Shown here one piece after another: positions 1 to 9,531 of a stretch of DNA of 64,000 nucleotides. Source of the stretch: a virus; IMG/VR virus record IMGVR_UViG_3300002925_000017. One strand, given 5' to 3'. Positions within the stretch are counted from its first letter, which is position 1. Each line of letters starts with the position of its first letter. The position numbers and the translations under genes were made by a program. Below the pieces are notes generated by a model that searched no databases, had not been told where the DNA came from, and worked only from the letters and a program-made list of their open reading frames with translations.

Positions 1-12
1 TTATATTAAAAA

Positions 13-312
13 ATGAACACAAGAAAAATAAAAGAATTAGATTTAAAAACACTTAAAAATTATAATTCTTATCAAGAAACTAAAAATTTTAGTTTAAAAG
101 AACACGATATTGAATTATTTAGGCTTATTGAATATCTAAAAACTAAAAATATTTATATTCATACAGAAACAGATGTTATTGGTAATATAATGAATATAAA
201 AGTCTTTTACGCAAAGAAAAAATATCTAAAAGACACCAACTTAAATACTTTAGAAAGTGTTTTATTAATGATATTCAATGAGCTTGACTTAGAAAAAAAA
301 TATGGAGTTTAA
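13..312 (+). CDS. hypothetical early protein, 99 aa
   Basis: ORF with ATG start, first of a tightly packed co-directional run; no recognisable motif. Confidence 0.6.
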   Translation: MNTRKIKELDLKTLKNYNSYQETKNFSLKEHDIELFRLIEYLKTKNIYIHTETDVIGNIMNIKVFYAKKKYLKDTNLNTLESVLLMIFNELDLEKKYGV

Positions 313-317
313 AAAAA

Positions 318-692
318 ATGAAATCTATATGTGAATATAAAATACTTAATAGTTTTATTAATAATAATTTTTTCAATTCCAGATTTACTCGTCTGACATT
401 TAATTGTATAAAAAATTATCATTATAGTTGTTTAAGAAATATTTATGGTATAAAAATAACTAATTTATTAATTGATTATAAAAAAGATTGTATAGTTAAT
501 GATAAAACTATATCTGTTATTGAAGCAATATGCGTTAGGTTATCAAATGAAATTTTACATATTCTTGAACAAGAAAATAATATATCTAATTATAATGTTT
601 TTACTTTTTATATTTCTTTCATAGATAAAAAAATAGAAGTTAATTCTTATTCTAACAATTCAAAAGAACAAAAAAACTATAAATTTAAATAA
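318..692 (+). CDS. hypothetical early protein, 124 aa
   Basis: ORF, 5 nt after previous stop. Confidence 0.55.
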   Translation: MKSICEYKILNSFINNNFFNSRFTRLTFNCIKNYHYSCLRNIYGIKITNLLIDYKKDCIVNDKTISVIEAICVRLSNEILHILEQENNISNYNVFTFYISFIDKKIEVNSYSNNSKEQKNYKFK

Positions 693-693
693 T

Positions 694-873
694 ATGGAAA
701 CTAAAGTAATTGCTAAAAAACAAAGTAATACAAATAGATACGTATTACTTAAACAAAATAAAATCTATTCTATTTTAAAAAGTGATAGAACTTATTTCGG
801 TTGGACAAGATTTGAACCATTATACAAATCAGAAGATATTAAGGAAATAAAAATAAAATTTGAATCATTATGA
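694..873 (+). CDS. small hypothetical protein, 59 aa (METKVIAKKQ...IKFESL), not in the supplied ORF track
   Basis: Hand-translated; fills the gap exactly, ATG 1 nt after the upstream stop, TGA overlaps the next ATG (ATGA). Confidence 0.65.
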   Translation: METKVIAKKQSNTNRYVLLKQNKIYSILKSDRTYFGWTRFEPLYKSEDIKEIKIKFESL

Positions 874-1112
874 AAATACCTTATAAAATCTTAAAAAAAT
901 TAATACCTAATTGGCATGTAGGTTACATTGATTTTAGTTTACAAGAAGGAGATTTTCATAAAAGAATAAGAAAACATTTAGGTAATAGCAAAAATTACTT
1001 AGGTGAATATCGTGGTATTTATTATTTTCAGTTTGATACAGAAGAAAAATTAAGTTTATTTTTAAAACTCATGGAATATAAATTAAAACAACTAAACGTA
1101 AGAACTATATAA
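870..1112 (+). CDS. hypothetical protein, 80 aa
   Basis: ORF with ATGA coupling to the upstream gene. Confidence 0.6.
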   Translation: MKIPYKILKKLIPNWHVGYIDFSLQEGDFHKRIRKHLGNSKNYLGEYRGIYYFQFDTEEKLSLFLKLMEYKLKQLNVRTI

Positions 1113-1270
1113 TGTATAGAGTTAGATTTTTTGTTAATGGAATAGAAATCAAACCTCATGTAGATTATCTTGATGAGGAATCTGCTTTAAAAGCAGGGAA
1201 ATTATGGGAAGAAATTTATACCGATGGTAATTTTAAACAAGTTTATACTTTTACAATTGAAAAAATATGA
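1112..1270 (+). CDS. small hypothetical protein, 52 aa (MYRVRFFVNG...TFTIEKI), not in the ORF track
   Basis: Hand-translated; TAATG overlap upstream and ATGA overlap downstream. Confidence 0.65.
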   Translation: MYRVRFFVNGIEIKPHVDYLDEESALKAGKLWEEIYTDGNFKQVYTFTIEKI

Positions 1271-1632
1271 TATACGACGTTTTAAGAGAAATATTAAAAA
1301 GAGCAAAAGAGGAGTTTAAAGTAAAAGAAACTCCTTTTTATTTTGATAATAGACAAGATAAAATATTGATAAGAAATATTTTAAGAGATACTTTAGATAA
1401 AGTATTTAAAAGTTATATTGAAAAAATAGCTTTGACTAAAAAAGGTTGGTCTATTGATGCTAAAAAAGAACAACAACCTTTATACATCTATTCTAAAATA
1501 GTAATCCATGAATTAGAAAAACCTGAAATAGAATCTCTAACAAAAGAACTACCTTTATCTAGTTATGAAAGACAAAGAGTTTATAGAAATGCAGAGAGAT
1601 TAATAAAACAATACTGTAATGAAATTGAGTGA
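1267..1632 (+). CDS. hypothetical protein, 121 aa
   Basis: ORF, translationally coupled. Confidence 0.6.
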   Translation: MIYDVLREILKRAKEEFKVKETPFYFDNRQDKILIRNILRDTLDKVFKSYIEKIALTKKGWSIDAKKEQQPLYIYSKIVIHELEKPEIESLTKELPLSSYERQRVYRNAERLIKQYCNEIE

Positions 1633-2047
1633 ATTTAAAGAAACTTGTAATTTTCTTTTTGGAGAATATGATGATACTTATTTAGAATTATATAACAAAG
1701 ACAGAAATTTCAAAAAGTATATCCATCTTTGTTATATTAGAAAAGACGACCCTGATTGGAAATCATTATATCGTTATAATACTTTTTATTTTATTCCTAC
1801 ATTTTTCTATTTAGAAAATACAAGTTTTATTATTAATAAAATAGATGTGTTAAAATTTTATAGCTTGTCTGATACATTATTTGTTAGTGGAACAGACCCT
1901 TCTACTTACTTAATGAAAAGATTAAAAACTGATGAGGACTTTGAAGTTTTTTTAAAGCAATTAACTGTTCCTTTTACACCTAAATCAGCAAAAACTTTTG
2001 ATTTTGTTTACAAAAATGAAATTATACATAGGAAAAGTGAATATTGA
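1619..2047 (+). CDS. hypothetical protein, 142 aa
   Basis: ORF overlapping its neighbours. Confidence 0.6.
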   Translation: MKLSEFKETCNFLFGEYDDTYLELYNKDRNFKKYIHLCYIRKDDPDWKSLYRYNTFYFIPTFFYLENTSFIINKIDVLKFYSLSDTLFVSGTDPSTYLMKRLKTDEDFEVFLKQLTVPFTPKSAKTFDFVYKNEIIHRKSEY

Positions 2048-2552
2048 AACTACAGTTAGATATAATAAAAAAGTATCTGAATATGTAGCAGAATTAGTCG
2101 GTGATGGAAAACATGTTATATCTAATAAATGTATTCCATTTACTAAGTATGAAAAAGTATATTTTGAAGATAGAGAACATATAATACTTTCAGATATACC
2201 TTTTAAAAATGAATTAAATCAATCCGTAGTATTATTAAATAATAACAAAATAGCCACCATTGAAGAGTTAAAAAAGCAAAATGAAAAACATGGTAAAAGA
2301 GTTAAAATTCAAATAGAGAGTGGAGATTTTTGTTATTTTATATTTAAAACCTTTAATGAAAAACTTAATTTTTTAGAATATAGAGGTCATTGCCCTAATG
2401 AATTAAAACCTCTATTAATTGATTATTTTAATGAAAAAAACGATTTAATAAAGAAAAATTTAGAGAACATAATATATGAACACGAAAGTTTTAAAAAAAG
2501 GCAAGAGAATTTGGAGAATAGATTGGCAGGACAATCAGTTCCGTCTTGTTAG
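2016..2552 (+). CDS. hypothetical protein (ATG at 2016 preferred over TTG at 1998)
   Basis: In-frame ATG at 2016 (MKLYIGKVNIE...). Confidence 0.55.
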   Translation: MKLYIGKVNIETTVRYNKKVSEYVAELVGDGKHVISNKCIPFTKYEKVYFEDREHIILSDIPFKNELNQSVVLLNNNKIATIEELKKQNEKHGKRVKIQIESGDFCYFIFKTFNEKLNFLEYRGHCPNELKPLLIDYFNEKNDLIKKNLENIIYEHESFKKRQENLENRLAGQSVPSC

Positions 2553-3534
2553 AGGATTAGAAAATGGTAAACTAATTATAGGAGATTGGCAAGAAGGGGA
2601 TGAAAAAAAGGTTAATTCTCTAATAAATAATAAAATAAAAAACAAATACAATGAAAATGGAGAACAAGATTATTTTGTTGCTATGTCAGCAAAAAATATA
2701 AGAAAAACTTCTCCTAAATTTCCTTGTATTGTAGAACCGAAGTGTGATGGTGTTAGAATTGAAGTAACGTCTGATGGATTATATACTACTCATAATCAAT
2801 CTAAGACTTTATCAAAAAAGATAGAACACTTAGTAACATTAGAAAAAGAATTAATGAAACTAAGAAATATAGTTTCTAAATATTTAAACACAGATGATTT
2901 TATATTAGAAGGAGAACTATATAATCATTATCTTGGTTTTGAAAATAGTTTAAAAGCTATATCTTCTAATAAAGACCATTTAACAGTTCAATTTTGGTGG
3001 TTTGATATATCAATTAAAGGGTTTACACAGGCAGAAAGAATTGCAATTAAAAGCAAATGTTTCGAACAAGTAAAAACAGATATGATTGTTAATATGCCTT
3101 ATTATTTAGTCAACAACAAAGAAGAACTAAAAACATTATTTAACAAATTTATATCTGATGGATATGAAGGTATAATGGTTAAAAATCCTTTAGCTTATTA
3201 TCAGAATAAAAGAACTTCTGATATTTTAAAATGGAAAAATAGAGAAGATATAGAAGTAACAATAATTGATATATTAGAAGGAAAAGGTGAAAGAAAAGGT
3301 TGTGCCGGTAAATATATAATACAATTTGATTATAAAGGTAATTCTATAACTCAAGAAATTGATTTGTTTAATGTAAACAAAGAGTTTCATAAAGACGCTC
3401 TAATCAATAAAGAAAAATATATAGGCGCAACAATTACTGTTGAATATATGAAACAAGAAAAATCAGGGAAACTAACTTTAGCTAAAGGAGATGCTAACAG
3501 TTTAGTTTTTAAAGCAGTAAGAGATTATGAATAA
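2476..3534 (+). CDS. ATP-dependent DNA ligase
   Basis: Adenylation motif EPKCDG (KxDG), EGELY, YEGIMVK, ILKWK, then an OB-fold-like C-terminus. Confidence 0.9.
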   Translation: MNTKVLKKGKRIWRIDWQDNQFRLVRGLENGKLIIGDWQEGDEKKVNSLINNKIKNKYNENGEQDYFVAMSAKNIRKTSPKFPCIVEPKCDGVRIEVTSDGLYTTHNQSKTLSKKIEHLVTLEKELMKLRNIVSKYLNTDDFILEGELYNHYLGFENSLKAISSNKDHLTVQFWWFDISIKGFTQAERIAIKSKCFEQVKTDMIVNMPYYLVNNKEELKTLFNKFISDGYEGIMVKNPLAYYQNKRTSDILKWKNREDIEVTIIDILEGKGERKGCAGKYIIQFDYKGNSITQEIDLFNVNKEFHKDALINKEKYIGATITVEYMKQEKSGKLTLAKGDANSLVFKAVRDYE

Positions 3535-3541
3535 CGCTTAG

Positions 3542-3571
3542 AAAAAAAGTAGCATTATTGCTACTTTTTTT
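3542..3571. terminator. intrinsic terminator, probably bidirectional
   Basis: AAAAAAAGTAGC-ATTATT-GCTACTTTTTTT perfect stem with T/A tails just after the ligase stop. Confidence 0.85.
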
Positions 3572-3592
3572 ATCTAATAAATTAAATATAAT

Positions 3593-4327
3593 ATGATAAA
3601 AGAGGTAGTTAAATCAGGAGATATAGGTTGGGGAATATATAAATATTATTTCCCTTGTAAAGTAATTAAAATGTGGAGAACAAACACAGACATATGCATT
3701 AGATTAAATCAGAAAGTATTAAAGTTATATGAAGGGACTAAAGATAATATTTCAAATAGATATACAGCACAAGTTCAAGAGCTTAGAAATCTTGGATTAC
3801 CTGAATATCTTTGTAAATTTCATAAAGTTTATTTAGATAAAGATAGAGAATGTACAATAATTTTACCTGATTTTATAGTTCAAGAAAAAGGACTTAAAAT
3901 AGATTCTGAATACCCCGGATACATAAATAAAATAGAACATAAAAACAAATTTTTCTACGCAGCAACTCAAGTTATTTATATAAAAAATGATTTTGAAAAA
4001 TGTTACATAAAACTTAACTATAACGAATTAACTAATAATGTTTTACTCAAAGTTGATGATTTTCAAATAAATTTAGATTTTGAATTTGATGGAAATGATT
4101 CTTTAAATAAATTAATACATTTCAAAACTGAAGATGATATAGTTAACTTTTTCAAATTATTAAAAGATTTAGTACCCGGAACAAATTTTCCTAAATTAAA
4201 TTTTATACTTTCTAAAAACTACAAAATAATAAAGAATTATTATCCTGAATATGTATGGTCAGAAACATTATTAGAGAATAATGAAGAAGAAGTGTTATCT
4301 TTACATACTTTAACTGAAACTGTATGA
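3593..4327 (+). CDS. hypothetical protein, 244 aa
   Basis: Long ORF, no motif recognised. Confidence 0.7.
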   Translation: MIKEVVKSGDIGWGIYKYYFPCKVIKMWRTNTDICIRLNQKVLKLYEGTKDNISNRYTAQVQELRNLGLPEYLCKFHKVYLDKDRECTIILPDFIVQEKGLKIDSEYPGYINKIEHKNKFFYAATQVIYIKNDFEKCYIKLNYNELTNNVLLKVDDFQINLDFEFDGNDSLNKLIHFKTEDDIVNFFKLLKDLVPGTNFPKLNFILSKNYKIIKNYYPEYVWSETLLENNEEEVLSLHTLTETV

Positions 4328-5268
4328 AAAATATTTTATTTATTATTTTGTTCTTTTTATTTAAAAGCTCTTATAGTCAATCTCTTGAATCATATGTTTA
4401 TGATTTTATAAAAGAACACGAAGGTTTATCTTTAAAAACTTACATATGTCCGGGAGGTAAAAAAACAATAGGATATGGACATTCGCTCTTACCTAATGAA
4501 TCTTATGGAACAATTACCAAGAGTCAAGCAGAATTAATACTTAAATCTGATTTTTTAAAAGCAAGAAGATTTGTCTATAAAGTTCTTCCAAATTTAAATT
4601 ATAATCAACATTTAGCTATAAGTCATTTTGTCTATTGTATAGGTATTGGTAATTTTATGAAATCAACTTTATATCAAGATTTAAAAAACAATAGGCATAT
4701 CAATAATAGTCTTCTTATGTGGACTAAAATTAATAAAAAACATAACAAAAATTTACTTAAACAAAGACAGTGGGAATTAAAATTATTTTATATGCAATTT
4801 ATACAAGGAGATTTATTATGTGCTTTTGAAAACGGAGATGTAAATATAATAGCGCATCAAACAAATTGTTGTTGTGGAATGGGAGCAGGAATAGCTAAAG
4901 TTATAGCTGAAAAATATCCTAATGTAAAATTCGCTGATGAAAAATACAGAAAAAATGCTATAGGAACTTGTTTACCTGTTTTTATAGAAAAAAATAAGTT
5001 TATAGTTAATTTATATGCGCAAAATCTTGTTACAGAAGAGCCTTTTGAACAAAGAAGACATTGGTTAATATGTGCTTTAAACGATATGAAAAACCTTCTT
5101 CTTATTAAAAACGAAGATAAAATAGGAATACCTTTAATAGGAAGTGGTTTAGCAGCAGATAAAAAAATGAAAGGAAATTTAACAGATTTAGAATATTTCA
5201 AAAAATATATTCAGCAAATTATTTTATCAGTATTACATGATTATCAAATAAGAGTTTATTATCTATGA
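4324..5268 (+). CDS. signal-peptide-bearing GH24 (phage lysozyme) endolysin fused to a C-terminal macrodomain (Poa1p/T4 tk.4-like)
   Basis: Hydrophobic N-terminus MKNILFIILFFLFKSSYSQ; EHEGLSLKTYICPGGKKTIGYGH lysozyme motif; from Met at 4792, MQFIQGDLL...IAHQTNCCCGMGAGIAKVIAEKYP macrodomain signature. Confidence 0.8.
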   Translation: MKNILFIILFFLFKSSYSQSLESYVYDFIKEHEGLSLKTYICPGGKKTIGYGHSLLPNESYGTITKSQAELILKSDFLKARRFVYKVLPNLNYNQHLAISHFVYCIGIGNFMKSTLYQDLKNNRHINNSLLMWTKINKKHNKNLLKQRQWELKLFYMQFIQGDLLCAFENGDVNIIAHQTNCCCGMGAGIAKVIAEKYPNVKFADEKYRKNAIGTCLPVFIEKNKFIVNLYAQNLVTEEPFEQRRHWLICALNDMKNLLLIKNEDKIGIPLIGSGLAADKKMKGNLTDLEYFKKYIQQIILSVLHDYQIRVYYL

Positions 5269-5561
5269 AAACTTTTTTTTTAGTTTTAGCATATATTTCA
5301 ATAGCAACGTTATCTTATTATATCGTAATAAATTCTGATGTAGATGTTTTAGCTCTTAAACAAGAAAATAAAGAACTAAAACAAACTATTAAAATTTTAA
5401 AAGAAGAAAATGAGTATTTAAAAAAAGAGATAAATAACTTAAAAGATAAAGCTTCTTCTTTTACAACATATCAATATTTATTTTTTATGTCAGTTTTAAC
5501 AATTATTATAATTTTATATTTAATCCATAAAAAATATGGCATGGAATCACAAATTAAGTAA
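5265..5561 (+). CDS. small membrane protein (TM - coiled coil - TM), holin-like candidate
   Basis: Hydrophobic N- and C-terminal segments flanking a heptad-rich region; directly follows the lysozyme gene. Confidence 0.5.
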   Translation: MKTFFLVLAYISIATLSYYIVINSDVDVLALKQENKELKQTIKILKEENEYLKKEINNLKDKASSFTTYQYLFFMSVLTIIIILYLIHKKYGMESQIK

Positions 5562-6375
5562 TATCATGAGAACTATAGGTGCAGTACCCTATATGTTCAT
5601 TGTTTTTGCTCCTTCTTTGATATTAACAGTGTTTAATATTTATTTTAATCTTAGTGTTTTTGAAGCAGTAGCAAGCACATTAGATTTAAGTTATAACTAT
5701 TATCAAAAACTCAAATGGTTTGTTTATTTAAGTTCTGTATTATTGATAATGAGACCTTTAATACAAGAATTATTCTTAATAACTAATGGAAAAATATCAG
5801 AAGTTGAAAGTTACTATTTAAGATTAATGAATTATGTAGGTATTGGTATTTTAGCAGTCGGTGCATTGGCTTATATAGCTTCTTATTTAACAGGTGATAT
5901 TTATGTAAATACTTATAAAACTATGCAAAACCCTTCTTTTTTCCAGTCTTTATTTGGATTTGATAAAGAAATTGCTGGTAAAAGAGTTATTAACGGTTTT
6001 GAATTTTCTTTAGATTTGTTTGCTATGTTTGCTTCTTATTTTACAGAAACTCTTGCTGGTTTTATGTTAATTACAAGTAAAGATATTTTATTCCCTGATT
6101 TACAATCAAAAAAACCACAAGAAGAACCTAAAAAAAATAAAATATTAGAAAAAGAAGCAGGAGAAATGCTAATTAGAGTAAGAGATTTAGCTAATATGAA
6201 TCCTCATGAAATAGCAAAATTATTAGTCTCTAAAGAAAAACTAACTAAACAAAAAGAAGATATTCAAAACTTTAATCTAAATCAATTTGATGGTTTTGAA
6301 AGTCAAAAATCAAAGTTTATTGAATATGCTAAAATTGCTTGCAAAAACATTGATACTGCTTTAACATTGGTTTGA
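5536..6375 (+). CDS. multi-pass membrane protein, 279 aa
   Basis: About 4-5 hydrophobic segments followed by a charged helical tail. Confidence 0.65.
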   Translation: MAWNHKLSNIMRTIGAVPYMFIVFAPSLILTVFNIYFNLSVFEAVASTLDLSYNYYQKLKWFVYLSSVLLIMRPLIQELFLITNGKISEVESYYLRLMNYVGIGILAVGALAYIASYLTGDIYVNTYKTMQNPSFFQSLFGFDKEIAGKRVINGFEFSLDLFAMFASYFTETLAGFMLITSKDILFPDLQSKKPQEEPKKNKILEKEAGEMLIRVRDLANMNPHEIAKLLVSKEKLTKQKEDIQNFNLNQFDGFESQKSKFIEYAKIACKNIDTALTLV

Positions 6376-6379
6376 CTTC

Positions 6380-6424
6380 GCCCGAGGCTAATTCCTCGGG
6401 CATAATTACAGACCTTGCTGTAAT
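6380..6424. promoter_or_regulatory. tandem RNA hairpins in an intergenic region
   Basis: GCCCGAGG-CTAATT-CCTCGGGC (6380-6401) and ATTACAG-ACCTTG-CTGTAAT (6405-6424); GC-rich in a very AT-rich genome; no U-tail. Confidence 0.6.
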
Positions 6425-6434
6425 ACAAAATGAA

Positions 6435-6917
6435 ATGAATGAAAAAACCAATAAGTCTTTAGAATTTTTAAAAAAAAGATATTCTAATATAAATTTAGAA
6501 AAATACCACAAACTTTCCCAAGAATCAAAAAACAAAATAGCTGAATTAGTATATACAGGAAATTTAACTTCAAATTATTCTTACCTAAAAGAATATTTAC
6601 AAAGACACGAAATAATAAATACTACCGTTGATGATAAAGTAAAAAATATAGTAAGAGATATAACGTCTTTTATTACAAGCAATTCTTATAGTCTTGGTTT
6701 AGAAAATCCTAATGATTTTATTGTGTCATTAGTTAAATCTATATATTATAATTTAGAACAAGAAGCTATAGGATTTAAACTTGTTGATGAATTGTTAATT
6801 TTTTATGTTGATAGTAGATTTTCTCAAAAACAAAAAATAATGGGTTATATGAAAGCACTTGCAAAAAGAAAAATTATCAGAGAAGAATTTTTAGAAAATA
6901 TTTTATCATGCATGTAA
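6435..6917 (+). CDS. hypothetical protein upstream of polB (ATG at 6435 preferred over TTG at 6372)
   Basis: In-frame ATG at 6435; the TTG-extended part coincides with the hairpins. Confidence 0.6.
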   Translation: MNEKTNKSLEFLKKRYSNINLEKYHKLSQESKNKIAELVYTGNLTSNYSYLKEYLQRHEIINTTVDDKVKNIVRDITSFITSNSYSLGLENPNDFIVSLVKSIYYNLEQEAIGFKLVDELLIFYVDSRFSQKQKIMGYMKALAKRKIIREEFLENILSCM

Positions 6918-8923
6918 ATCCTAATAATTATAATTTATATATACATGATTTTGAGTGTTATATATTTACAGTTGATGAAAAACCTGTTTGGTATTTATCT
7001 TGTACTTTTAAAAGCGTTAGCAATCAAGAAATAACATATTTTGAAATTAGCAATAGAATTAATCAAAAAAAAGAATTAGTTGATTTTTTAAAAAGACAAG
7101 ATATATGGTTATTAGGTTATAATAATAAAAATTATGATAATGTTATAGCTCAATTACTTATTGAATTAGATATAGAAGATGGATATGAATTAGTTAAATA
7201 TATACATGATAAAACTCAAGTTATATTTGACGAAAAAGTAAATCAAGCAGAAATAAATTTAATTAGAAACAGATATTCTGTTAAGAATTCAGATTTAATG
7301 ACTATGTATTATCAGAATAATTTTCAAAAACCACTCAAAATGTTAGGTGTAATGTTAAAACATGATTTAATATATGAAGGAAATATAGAATCAAATAGAA
7401 ATTATAGTTTATCTGAATTAAACGCTAAATCTATAGATGACATTTTTGAAGATAAAAAAAAGTATAATATAAATGATGTTGAAATAACTTATAAATTTTT
7501 TGAGAAAATAAAAGAAAAATGGAATCTTAGAATTGGACTTACAGAAAGATTTGGTATGGATTTATATTCAGATTCAGAATCTTCAATAGCTAACAAAATT
7601 GGTTTAAGATTATATATTAAAGAAACATTTCCTAATGCTAATCAATTTGAAATAAAACAATTAGAATCTATTTATAAAAAAAAATCTACACAAAGAGACA
7701 TTGTTTATTTTAAAGATGCTATAGTTAATGTTCCGAAATTTGAAACTACATATTTAAATTATTTACTTGATAAAATAATGAGTGAATATTGGTCTGAAAA
7801 TCATTTATTTAATGAATCAATTCATGTTGGTAATGTTACTGGTAAAATAGGAATTGGTGGAATACATTTATTTTATACAGATTACGAAAACTCTTATAAT
7901 CATTTACTTAATAAAAATATTAAAATTTCTAAAGATACTTCTGGTATATGTTATAAAACAATTCCAAAAAATAAAACAGTAAGAGAAATAGATGTCGCTT
8001 CGCTATATCCTGCTACTTGGATTAATTCAGGTATGTATCCTGAACATTTAAGTAAACATTTTATAGATGTTTATACAAGATTAAGAGATGAAAGAATTAA
8101 AGATAAAAAACAAGGTAGAACTTTTGATTCTAATTGGAAAAAGCTTGTATTAAATTCTTTATGGGGTAAAACAAAAAATAAATTTACTTTTGTTTATGAC
8201 CCTAAAGTAAGTCTAATGATTACAATGACTGGTCAATTAATGATTTTACAACTTATAGAAAAACTTTTGAAAATAGGTATAAAAATAATATTAAGTAATA
8301 CGGATTCTGTTGTTGTAGAATTTAACCTTGATAAAGAACAAGACTATTATTCTATAATAAAAGAATGGGAAGGTGAAAACAATTATGAATTAGAAGAAAC
8401 TATTTATCAAAAGTATTTTGCAAGAGATGTAAATTGTTATTTAGGTTTAGATATAAATAATAAAATTAAAGCAAAAAATGATTTTTCAGATGAAATAGAT
8501 TTTAATAAAGGCATGGATGCTTTAATAGTTGCTAAATCTGTTAAGAACTATTTTTTAAATAATATTCCTGTAGAAAAAACAATACATGAAGAAGAAGATA
8601 TTAATAACTTTTTAATAACACAAAAACCAGATAAAAATTTTAAAATGGAATATACTACAATAAAAAATGGACAAATACATACAAAAACTATACAAAGAAT
8701 AAATAGATGGTATATTACTAAAAGATTTGGTAAACTATTTAAAACAGGAATAAATAAAAACGGTGTTCTTTTTAAAACAGATATGTCAAAAAATTACTAT
8801 GTAAGAATTTTAAATGATTTTAATGAATGTTGTAATAATTATGAAATTAACTATGATTATTACATAGAAAGAGCTAAAGAATTTATTAATAAAATAGAAA
8901 ATAACCAAATAAAATTATTTTAA
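6908..8923 (+). CDS. polB: family B DNA polymerase with 3'-5' exonuclease
   Basis: ExoI HDFECY, ExoII GYNNKNYD, ExoIII YNINDV; polymerase motifs DVASLYP, KLVLNSLWGK, SNTDSV. Confidence 0.92.
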   Translation: MHVNPNNYNLYIHDFECYIFTVDEKPVWYLSCTFKSVSNQEITYFEISNRINQKKELVDFLKRQDIWLLGYNNKNYDNVIAQLLIELDIEDGYELVKYIHDKTQVIFDEKVNQAEINLIRNRYSVKNSDLMTMYYQNNFQKPLKMLGVMLKHDLIYEGNIESNRNYSLSELNAKSIDDIFEDKKKYNINDVEITYKFFEKIKEKWNLRIGLTERFGMDLYSDSESSIANKIGLRLYIKETFPNANQFEIKQLESIYKKKSTQRDIVYFKDAIVNVPKFETTYLNYLLDKIMSEYWSENHLFNESIHVGNVTGKIGIGGIHLFYTDYENSYNHLLNKNIKISKDTSGICYKTIPKNKTVREIDVASLYPATWINSGMYPEHLSKHFIDVYTRLRDERIKDKKQGRTFDSNWKKLVLNSLWGKTKNKFTFVYDPKVSLMITMTGQLMILQLIEKLLKIGIKIILSNTDSVVVEFNLDKEQDYYSIIKEWEGENNYELEETIYQKYFARDVNCYLGLDINNKIKAKNDFSDEIDFNKGMDALIVAKSVKNYFLNNIPVEKTIHEEEDINNFLITQKPDKNFKMEYTTIKNGQIHTKTIQRINRWYITKRFGKLFKTGINKNGVLFKTDMSKNYYVRILNDFNECCNNYEINYDYYIERAKEFINKIENNQIKLF

Positions 8924-8924
8924 T

Positions 8925-9182
8925 ATGAAAATTTATAATTTAAAAACAAAAGGAAATTATGATAGTGTAAACAACATAGTAGTTATACACGATGGTGTAG
9001 AATATTTCTTTTCTTATCAAACTTTGATATGTATAAGAGATGGTTCTGATGTTATACTTGATACTAATTGGGATTATAGTAAAACTACTAATTATTATAG
9101 AAATAAATTTTTAAGAGAAAGCAAAGAACAAACAAAAGAAAAAATTAAAAAAAGTATATATAAAGTTCAAAACCTTAATTAA
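8925..9182 (+). CDS. conserved phage hypothetical protein, 85 aa
   Basis: ORF containing FSYQTLI...WDYSKTTNYYRNKFL, a pattern I recognise from small phage proteins. Confidence 0.6.
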   Translation: MKIYNLKTKGNYDSVNNIVVIHDGVEYFFSYQTLICIRDGSDVILDTNWDYSKTTNYYRNKFLRESKEQTKEKIKKSIYKVQNLN

Positions 9183-9189
9183 AATTATT

Positions 9190-9531
9190 ATGGAAGAAAA
9201 AAATATTAATATAAAAAAAGATAATGGTAAAATATTTTTTAATAATGAAGAAACTGATATAGTATTAATTTATGTTTATAATAAAGGAGAAACTAAAGAA
9301 TTAGCTATATGGAGAAAAGAAATATATACTAATGATATTGATAGATGTGCTCTTGACGTTTTGTATTCTCTTCAAATGCTTTTAACACGAGATAACAGGA
9401 AAGAGTTCCTGAAATTTAATAAAAAAGTTAATAAATTATTTTATAATGTCACAAGAAAACTCACTGAATATTTCATCGAGAGACAAGAAGCAACAAGAAC
9501 TGATATACATTTGGAAAACAACCAAGAATAG
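9190..9531 (+). CDS. hypothetical protein, 113 aa
   Basis: ORF. Confidence 0.55.
   Translation: MEEKNINIKKDNGKIFFNNEETDIVLIYVYNKGETKELAIWRKEIYTNDIDRCALDVLYSLQMLLTRDNRKEFLKFNKKVNKLFYNVTRKLTEYFIERQEATRTDIHLENNQE

Noticed and set aside
6372-6434. TTG-initiated N-terminal extension of the 181-aa ORF
   Set aside because: The extension is just the hairpin sequence; the in-frame ATG at 6435 fits the genome's AT-rich start context
6908-8923. Intron or intein in polB, or a frameshift at its A9 run (7676-7684)
   Set aside because: The ORF is continuous with all motifs in order and normal length, and the run reads in frame as KKK
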